40,908 nucleotides of DNA from a virus (lineage: Duplodnaviria > Caudoviricetes), in the IMG/VR virus record IMGVR_UViG_3300002307_000103, positions 1 through 40,908 of that record. One strand, written 5' to 3'. Position 1 is the first letter of the stretch, and every line of letters starts with the position of its first letter. The notes beneath the pieces are model-generated. The model saw only the letters and a program-made list of their open reading frames with translations. It had not been told where the DNA came from and ran no database searches. Shown in pieces: positions 34,852 to 40,908 of this stretch. The position numbers and the translations under genes are program-made.

Positions 34852-35397
34852 ATGGCCTGGAAACCCGGCCCCAACGCCCAACTCGGGGTTGCCAACGGCA
34901 ACCCCACCGCGATTGATACCGTCCCCGGCGGTATGGGTGCTATCGTGCCCGGATACATCGCGACGCAGATCGGCAACATCGTGCAGTTCTTCGAAGATAC
35001 GCAAGGCCCCGCCGAGCTTATCTACCTGCCCGGCGTCGCTGGTCTGGTCGCCGGGGATATCGTGGAGTACGACCTGACGCCCGGCGCGCAAGCGACCATT
35101 CGTCACTCGAACGCCACTGGCTCCAACTCGGGCCGCCCGGTCGCCGTTGCCATCGGCGCTCCGCAGGCGGGCCAGTACGGTTGGTTCCAAATCAGCGGTT
35201 GCGCCATCGTCAACGCCACGGCGGCCTCGGCCATCGGTGCGTGCAACGCGACGGCGACCGCCGGTTCGGTCAACAGCGCCGCCGACGCGGGCGACCAAAT
35301 CCTGAACGCCCGCCTCGTCTCGGCGGTCGGCACTCCGGCCGCCGGTAAGGCATACTTGCTGCTGAACCGCCCGTGCGTGCAATCGCAGATCACCTAA
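34852..35397 (+). CDS. Putative capsid decoration / minor head protein
   Basis: Small Ala/Gly-rich beta protein (QYGWFQISG) directly after the capsid gene; AAGGA RBS. Confidence 0.65.
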   Translation: MAWKPGPNAQLGVANGNPTAIDTVPGGMGAIVPGYIATQIGNIVQFFEDTQGPAELIYLPGVAGLVAGDIVEYDLTPGAQATIRHSNATGSNSGRPVAVAIGAPQAGQYGWFQISGCAIVNATAASAIGACNATATAGSVNSAADAGDQILNARLVSAVGTPAAGKAYLLLNRPCVQSQIT

Positions 35398-35418
35398 GTT
35401 CAACCGGGGTCAGACCCA

Positions 35419-35451
35419 AGGGGGCGGTACTTCGGTGCCGCCCTCTACTTT
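35419..35451 (+). terminator. Probable intrinsic terminator with cUUCGg tetraloop
   Basis: AGGGGGCGGTAC-TTCG-GTGCCGCCCTCT followed by ACTTT. Confidence 0.65.
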
Positions 35452-35468
35452 AAAGCAAAGGCAATCCA

Positions 35469-36194
35469 ATGGACGTTCAAGACCCGCAATACAAGACGCC
35501 CGATGGGTGCGCCTTGCGTATTTGGCGCGATACCGCCAAGAACAACTTCCTGTCCGAGCGGGAAGGTCGTATCATCTACGACGACGTGATCCTGTGCGAA
35601 ATCATCGCGCCGGGTTCGCGCGACAGTACGCCGGTGTTCGAGTTGGTGCGCGAATACCATCCCGACATGAACCATCCGCCCGCCCACGGGCAGAAGTACA
35701 CCGAACTCAAGGTCTTCGTTGACCAGTTCGAGAAGGACGTGGAACACGACGCGTCGATGGTCGGTACTCCCCTTTCCGAGTGGAAGGAAGTATCCCGGTC
35801 GATGGTCGCGTCGCTCCGCTCGGCGAATATCTTCACCGTGGACGCCCTGGCCTCGCTGCCGGATACGAAGCTCCCGGTCGTCGGCCCCGATGGGCGTACG
35901 TGGCGCACCAAGGCGCAGGCGTATATCGAGAACGCCAAGAACGGCGCGTTCGCTACCCAACTCGCTGCCGAGAACGAACGGCTGCGCGTCGATGCCGCCG
36001 CGAAGGACGACCAACTGGCGACCATGGCGGCGCAGATCGCGGACCTGCAACGCAACGCCGGTATCGACCCGAACAAGCCGGGTACGCCGCCGGTCGTGGA
36101 CGAGAAGGCCGGGCAGGAAAACGACACCGCGACCGCGACTACGGGCCGCCGCCGCGCCGCTGCGACGCCGCCCGTTCCCGCCGATATCATCTAA
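35469..36194 (+). CDS. Hypothetical morphogenesis-cluster protein (HhH-like segment plus coiled coil)
   Basis: LRSANIFTVDALASLPD resembles an HhH-type subdomain; C-terminal coiled coil and low-complexity tail. Confidence 0.65.
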   Translation: MDVQDPQYKTPDGCALRIWRDTAKNNFLSEREGRIIYDDVILCEIIAPGSRDSTPVFELVREYHPDMNHPPAHGQKYTELKVFVDQFEKDVEHDASMVGTPLSEWKEVSRSMVASLRSANIFTVDALASLPDTKLPVVGPDGRTWRTKAQAYIENAKNGAFATQLAAENERLRVDAAAKDDQLATMAAQIADLQRNAGIDPNKPGTPPVVDEKAGQENDTATATTGRRRAAATPPVPADII

Positions 36195-36216
36195 CACCAA
36201 CCGGGGCGCGTAGGAC

Positions 36217-36930
36217 ATGACACTACTCAGTATCGCGCAAGACGTGGCCGATGTGGTCGGTCTTACGCGCCCCGCTTCTATCATCAGTAGCACGGACCAA
36301 CTCGCCCGCCAAATACTAGGCATGGCGAAAGAGACGTTGGACGATCTCGCGGTCATGGATTGGCCGTTTCTCGAAATCGCGTACTCGTTCAGTACGGTGA
36401 ACGGTACCGCGCAGTACATCATGCCCGCCGACTTCGGTCGGGAGCTTGGGGATACCTGCTATCTCGCATCCCAGTACTACCCCATGCGCGGCTCACTGTC
36501 CGCTGGGGACTGGGCGCGACAGCGTAACGCGCTTCCTACGCAGATCGGGCGGTATAAGTTCCGCCTATTCGGTAACCCCGTGAAATTCAATATATCACCT
36601 ACGCCGACCACGGTGGAGACGGTCGCGCTAGAGTACATTACGACTGCGCGGGTGACGCGTGCATCAGATAGTGCGCTTGTTAGCGGGTATAGCGCGGATG
36701 CGGACAACGCGCTATTTCCCGACGAGTTGATGAAAAAGGGGATCAAGTGGCGTTTGATGCGCCGCAAGGGGCTCGACTACTCGGAAGAGTTCAACGACTA
36801 CGAAGTATCCAAGGCGCGCTTACTCGCGCAAGCCCTGGCGCTCGGCTCAATGCCCGTTGCGTACCGCCAGATGATCGAAAACCCCGAAATCCCCACCGGG
36901 TACGTCCCCGAGTTCGGCTTTGGCGTCTAA
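36217..36930 (+). CDS. Head-tail adaptor (tail tubular protein A / P22 gp4-like)
   Basis: MTLLSIAQDVA... N-terminus, size and position before the nozzle gene; AGGA RBS. Confidence 0.7.
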   Translation: MTLLSIAQDVADVVGLTRPASIISSTDQLARQILGMAKETLDDLAVMDWPFLEIAYSFSTVNGTAQYIMPADFGRELGDTCYLASQYYPMRGSLSAGDWARQRNALPTQIGRYKFRLFGNPVKFNISPTPTTVETVALEYITTARVTRASDSALVSGYSADADNALFPDELMKKGIKWRLMRRKGLDYSEEFNDYEVSKARLLAQALALGSMPVAYRQMIENPEIPTGYVPEFGFGV

Positions 36931-38501
36931 TGGTATTCCAGCGCAAAGTAAACCGGGCGGCTCGCGCTGACGCGAACACCGTAGGTGCGCCCGTAGGCGG
37001 TCTAAATGGCCGCGATGGCCTCCCCGATATGGACGCGCAAGACGCGTTCGTTATGGACAACTGGTTCCCATACAATACGTCTGTTGACGTACGCAATGGG
37101 AGCCAGAACTGGGCTACGGGAATGCCCGGTCCGGTTGAAAGCCTAGCCGTATACACCGGCGGTGCGGCTTCAAAAATGTTCGCATTCTCGAATGGGGCCG
37201 TATACGACGTAACTGTGGCGGGCGTAGTAGGCGCATCGCTACTTTCAGGCCGTACGTCCAATAAGATGACTACCGCGATGTTCTCGAACGCGGGGTCCAT
37301 ATTCCTACTTATGTTTAACGGCGCGGACGCCCCGTACTCGTACGACGGAACTACGCTAGCCGCGCTTACTATCACGGGTATGGCGGGCTCGCAGAACACT
37401 CTGCACTCGCCGCACGTCTTTAAAGGCCGCGTGCTGTTGGCGCAAGTCGATAAACTGGGGTTCTATTACCTCGGTGTCGGCGCAATCCAGGGTGCGGCTT
37501 CGTACTTCGATCTTGCGCAGCAGTCGCAGAAAGGGGGGTACCTAGTCTCGATTGCATCGTATTCGCAAGAAAGCATGGGTTCCGGCCCGCAAGATTACGT
37601 CATATTCATGACGAGCGAAGGCGAGTACATCATGTATGCGGGTACGGACCCGTCAAATGCCGCAAACTGGGTGCTGGTTGGCCGGTACTTCGGCCCCGCG
37701 CCTATTGGGCGCAGAGGTTGGTTTAAGTTCCGCTCTGACGTGTACGTCATCACCGAAGAGGGCGTGCTTACAATCTCCCAAATCCGCCAGATGGGCCAGG
37801 ACGCGGAGACCTCAAAGTACCTTACGTCTAAGCTTGGCCGCCTGTTTGACGACCTTACACCATACCAGGGCACCCACGGCTGGTGTGGGTTTATTTACCC
37901 AAAAGGTAATGCCCTATACGTAAATATGCCGCTTACCGGGTCGGAGAACGGCGGCTATATCCAGTACGTCATGAATACCAACTCTAACGCGTGGTGCAGG
38001 TTCACGGGCCTGAATGGCATATGCTGGACGCTCTTTAACCGCGCTTGTTTCTTCGGTACGTACGATGGCAAAGTCGTACAAAACGATATCGGTACTAACG
38101 ATAACGGCGCGGATATCGTCGCGACGTGCCGTCAGGCGTGGAACAACTTTGACGACGGCAAGGGCTCGGGCGACCGGGACAAGCAAATTCACTTTGCGAC
38201 CTTCATTATGCAGGCGGACGGGCAGCTTCCCGTATCCTGCTCCGTTAACATGAACTACGAAGACGATCAGCCGTCCCCGGCGGGCTCCCTTACTGCCACC
38301 AACGGCGGCGTTTGGGATGTTGCGACCTGGGACGTTGACGCGTGGTCCGGTACTGGCATCACACAAAACCTCACCGTACCCGTCGGCAAGATTGGGTACA
38401 CGGCATCACTTTGGATGACGCTATCCACGCAGGGTACCGCCGTTCGTTGGTATGCCACCCGTATCATCATGGAAGAGACAAAAGGCATCGTACTACAATG
38501 A
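36930..38501 (+). CDS. Tail nozzle / packaged-DNA stabilization protein (P22 gp10-like)
   Basis: TAATG coupling; beta-rich sequence, PVGGLN N-terminal motif and WDVATWDVDAW repeat near the C-terminus. Confidence 0.75.
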   Translation: MVFQRKVNRAARADANTVGAPVGGLNGRDGLPDMDAQDAFVMDNWFPYNTSVDVRNGSQNWATGMPGPVESLAVYTGGAASKMFAFSNGAVYDVTVAGVVGASLLSGRTSNKMTTAMFSNAGSIFLLMFNGADAPYSYDGTTLAALTITGMAGSQNTLHSPHVFKGRVLLAQVDKLGFYYLGVGAIQGAASYFDLAQQSQKGGYLVSIASYSQESMGSGPQDYVIFMTSEGEYIMYAGTDPSNAANWVLVGRYFGPAPIGRRGWFKFRSDVYVITEEGVLTISQIRQMGQDAETSKYLTSKLGRLFDDLTPYQGTHGWCGFIYPKGNALYVNMPLTGSENGGYIQYVMNTNSNAWCRFTGLNGICWTLFNRACFFGTYDGKVVQNDIGTNDNGADIVATCRQAWNNFDDGKGSGDRDKQIHFATFIMQADGQLPVSCSVNMNYEDDQPSPAGSLTATNGGVWDVATWDVDAWSGTGITQNLTVPVGKIGYTASLWMTLSTQGTAVRWYATRIIMEETKGIVLQ

Positions 38502-39073
38502 TGGCAGTACCCGCAGGCAACCTCACCACGATGGTTGGCGATTACGTGAGCGAAAAGCTCGGCATGCGCTTTGTACCCGGCACGTACCAAGCCATGATGG
38601 TAATAAACGACGAGAAGGACTTTGTGGCGGGTGTGGTATTCACCAACTACCGCCAACTCGACGTAGAGATTTCGTGCGTGAGCGAAACACCGGCGGCATG
38701 GCGTCCGCATGTGTGCCGCGCGGTCTTTAAATACGTCTTCGACCAACTGGGCTGCGTGCGGTGTACGTCCATTACAAGTAAGGGCAACAAGCGCGCCCGA
38801 ACCTTTTTAGAGGGCCTTGGTTTTGTCCTTGAAGGCAACATCAGGCTAGGCTATGACGGACACCGGGACGCCCTCGTTTACGGGCTCTTGAAGGCTGAAT
38901 GTCGGTTCCTGGCCGACGATTGCGGGGTTGACGATGGGGAAGAGCGCACCGAGCCCGCCACCGGCACCGGACCCGGTAGCGACAGCCCAAGCGCAAACGC
39001 AGATGAACGTCGCGTCGGCGACGGCGCAAGCGAACCTGAACCGGATCGACCAGTACACGCCGCAGGGGTCTAG
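38498..39073 (+). CDS. GNAT-fold acetyltransferase-like protein (P22 gp14-like slot)
   Basis: VFKYVFDQLGCVRCT...NKRARTFLEGLGFVLEG is a RimJ/RimL-type GNAT signature; ATGA coupling. Confidence 0.75.
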   Translation: MMAVPAGNLTTMVGDYVSEKLGMRFVPGTYQAMMVINDEKDFVAGVVFTNYRQLDVEISCVSETPAAWRPHVCRAVFKYVFDQLGCVRCTSITSKGNKRARTFLEGLGFVLEGNIRLGYDGHRDALVYGLLKAECRFLADDCGVDDGEERTEPATGTGPGSDSPSANADERRVGDGASEPEPDRPVHAAGV

Positions 39074-40442
39074 TACCTATAAGCAAATCGGCACCAACGC
39101 TGACGGTACGGGCCAGTACCAGCAGACCACGGCGTACAGTCCCGACGAGCAGAAAAAGTACGATCTGAATAACCAGGTCGCGATAAGTCTCGACGGGCTT
39201 GCCAACGATAGCGTCGGGCGTGTCGCCCAGACAGAAAGTACGCCGTTTAACTACAACGGCATGACCCCGCTACAAACGTCGGTGGACGCCGGGGGGCGTA
39301 CGCTGCAAAACGGCCCCGATGCGGGTCCGGTCATGTCGGGCGTGGGCGACCAGGGGAAGGCGGTCAACGCCAACGTACCCGGCGCCCCAATCCAAAACGG
39401 GCTAGACTACAGCGGTGCGCCCGCTCTGCCCGGTACGGGTGATTTCAGCGCGGACGCCAAGCGCGTGTCCGATAGCGTGTACTCGCAAGCCGCGTCGCGG
39501 CTAGACCCGCAGTACGGGCAGGAAGAGAGCGATCTGCGCTCGCGTCTGGCGGCGCAGGGTATCTCCGAGAACTCGGACGCGTACCGCCGCGAACTCGACA
39601 ATTTCAATCGCGATAAGACCGACGCGTACAATCAAGCAACGTACTCGGCCCAGCAGGCCGGGTCGGCGGAGCAATCCCGTATCTTTGGGCTGGCGTCCCA
39701 GGCGCGGGCGCAGGCCACTGGCGAGACGAATACGCAAGGCGCGTTCGCCAATAGTGCGCAGCAGCAGGGGTACGACCAAAGTATCGGTACGGCTAACCAA
39801 GCCAATACCGCGCAGGGCCAGAATTTCGACCAAGCGACGGCCATCGCGAACCTGTTCAATCAGTCGCAGCAGCAGCAGTTCTCGCAGGGCCAAGCGGCCA
39901 CGGCGATGAACAATACGAACCAAAATACAGCATTTAACCAGAACAGTGCGAACGCCGCTTTAAACAACTCGGGTCGGCAGCAGCAAGAGACGGAAGCGTC
40001 GTACTTGCGCAGTCTGCCAATCAACGATATTGCCGCGCTGCTCGGCACGGGCGCGCAAGTCCAAGACCCGAACTTCGCGCCCGTGTCGCAGGTCGGTGTC
40101 GCCGCGCCCGATTACATGGGTATGGTCAACAGCAACTACCAAGCTGCAACCAACTCGTACAACCAGCAGCAAGCCGCTCGTTCGCAAATGCTGGGGCAAA
40201 TCTTTGGTACGGCTGGGTCGGCGGCGGCGGTGTTCGCCGGGTCCGACGTACGCCTCAAATACGAAATCAAGCGTATCGGTACGCTGGCGAATGGCATTAA
40301 AACATATGCCTTTAAATACATCGGTGAGAACATCCAGCGCTTCGGCGTTATGGCGCAAGACGTTCTTGGCATCCGCCCCGATGCAGTCTCGATCATGCCG
40401 AACGGATACTTCGGCGTTGACTACGGAAAGGTCTACGCATGA
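38934..40442 (+). CDS. DNA ejection/pilot protein with C-terminal peptidase S74-type chaperone domain
   Basis: MGKSAPSPPPAPDP N-terminus, Gln/Asn/Ala-rich body and C-terminal SDVRLKYEIKRIG...GVMAQDV...VDY. Confidence 0.75.
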   Translation: MGKSAPSPPPAPDPVATAQAQTQMNVASATAQANLNRIDQYTPQGSSTYKQIGTNADGTGQYQQTTAYSPDEQKKYDLNNQVAISLDGLANDSVGRVAQTESTPFNYNGMTPLQTSVDAGGRTLQNGPDAGPVMSGVGDQGKAVNANVPGAPIQNGLDYSGAPALPGTGDFSADAKRVSDSVYSQAASRLDPQYGQEESDLRSRLAAQGISENSDAYRRELDNFNRDKTDAYNQATYSAQQAGSAEQSRIFGLASQARAQATGETNTQGAFANSAQQQGYDQSIGTANQANTAQGQNFDQATAIANLFNQSQQQQFSQGQAATAMNNTNQNTAFNQNSANAALNNSGRQQQETEASYLRSLPINDIAALLGTGAQVQDPNFAPVSQVGVAAPDYMGMVNSNYQAATNSYNQQQAARSQMLGQIFGTAGSAAAVFAGSDVRLKYEIKRIGTLANGIKTYAFKYIGENIQRFGVMAQDVLGIRPDAVSIMPNGYFGVDYGKVYA

Positions 40443-40908
40443 CCAGTATTCTCGACCGTATTCGAGCGGCCTCGGCGGGTCGCTCCCGGTCTTCTATGCC
40501 ACCCGTGGTAAGCGGGGTTGCGCAGGCGTACCAGAATGACCCGCGTACGAAAATGGCGGTAGACGCCATGAAGGCGGGTACGTCTACCGCGCCCGTCGCG
40601 GGCGGTAAGTACGCATACGCTGACGGTATCGCCCGTGTTCTGCAAGGCGCGATTGGCGCGTATGCGACTAACCGCCAGAACAGCCGGTATACCCACGGTG
40701 ATTACAAGGGGCCGGATGTGAGTACGCTTACACCGGGCTCAAAGGAATGGTATGACGCCCAGAACGCGCGGGGGCAGGATGGCGTACTGGCCGAGCGGCA
40801 GTTTATGGGGCAAGACGGGCTCACGGGTACCCCTGGGGCCGCGCCTCCCCCGGTGGCACCCCCGCCCGGCCCGTCAATGGACCCGTCAATGGCGGGCGCC
40901 CCCGCCCC
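40439..40908 (+). CDS. Internal virion / ejection protein, 3'-truncated at the window end
   Basis: ATGA-coupled start MTSILDRIRAAS...; open to the end of the window, ending in a Pro-rich tract like the window start. Confidence 0.65.
   Translation, partial: MTSILDRIRAASAGRSRSSMPPVVSGVAQAYQNDPRTKMAVDAMKAGTSTAPVAGGKYAYADGIARVLQGAIGAYATNRQNSRYTHGDYKGPDVSTLTPGSKEWYDAQNARGQDGVLAERQFMGQDGLTGTPGAAPPPVAPPPGPSMDPSMAGAPA

Larger units (their letters stand above)
175..40317. repeat. Genome-wide dispersed palindrome CTTTAAAG (core TTTAAA)
   Basis: 52 TTTAAA cores counted by eye, 31 as perfect CTTTAAAG, e.g. 175, 2677, 6263, 7212, 8236, 10457, 12827, 14027, 15423, 16420, 19282, 21058, 23651, 26304, 30635, 32817, 35448, 37418. 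Confidence 0.9.

Noticed and set aside
175-40317. T-TTA-AAG as programmed -1 frameshift sites
   Set aside because: It fits the X XXY YYZ slippery pattern, but the motif occurs in all three frames, as stop codons and between genes, and the host ORFs are intact. A frameshift role cannot explain the set, though a single site cannot be excluded.
1-40908. Lysogeny module, RNA polymerase, DNA methyltransferase, tRNA genes
   Set aside because: I recognised no integrase, repressor, RNA polymerase or methyltransferase motifs and no tRNA cloverleaf by eye. A divergent member hidden among the hypothetical ORFs cannot be excluded without HMM and tRNA searches.

Overview
This window is an apparently near-complete genome (~41 kb, about 60% GC by eye) of a short-tailed dsDNA phage. 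It is opened inside a Pro-rich ejection-protein gene that runs off both ends. Two arms diverge from an AT-rich control region at ~24.9-26.6 kb and converge at a hairpin cluster at ~8.0 kb. The minus-strand arm carries early and replication genes: SprT-like protease, MoxR/CobS-like AAA+ ATPase with a vWA-like partner, small coupled ORFs, primase-helicase, DUF2800 nuclease, DUF2815 SSB, family A DNA polymerase, VRR-NUC nuclease and SNF2 helicase. The plus-strand arm carries an SGNH hydrolase, TerS/TerL, portal, scaffold, major capsid, P22-like tail and ejection proteins, tail fibre, Gly-rich adhesin, amidase, holin and spanins. I saw no integrase, repressor, RNA polymerase, tRNA or CRISPR array. 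cTTGAC-type promoters and apparent GANTC avoidance suggest an alphaproteobacterial host (inference). Three signals are not explained by the gene list: (1) the AT-rich palindrome CTTTAAAG is iterated genome-wide (52 TTTAAA cores counted by eye, 31 perfect octamers), in all reading frames and at gene junctions; (2) several unrelated proteins share the C-terminal peptide LP[TSD][IL]L-stop, encoded with different codons; (3) palindromic 30-bp tandem repeats and iteron-like repeats sit at the divergence point. All product calls come from motif recognition and gene order, not database searches.
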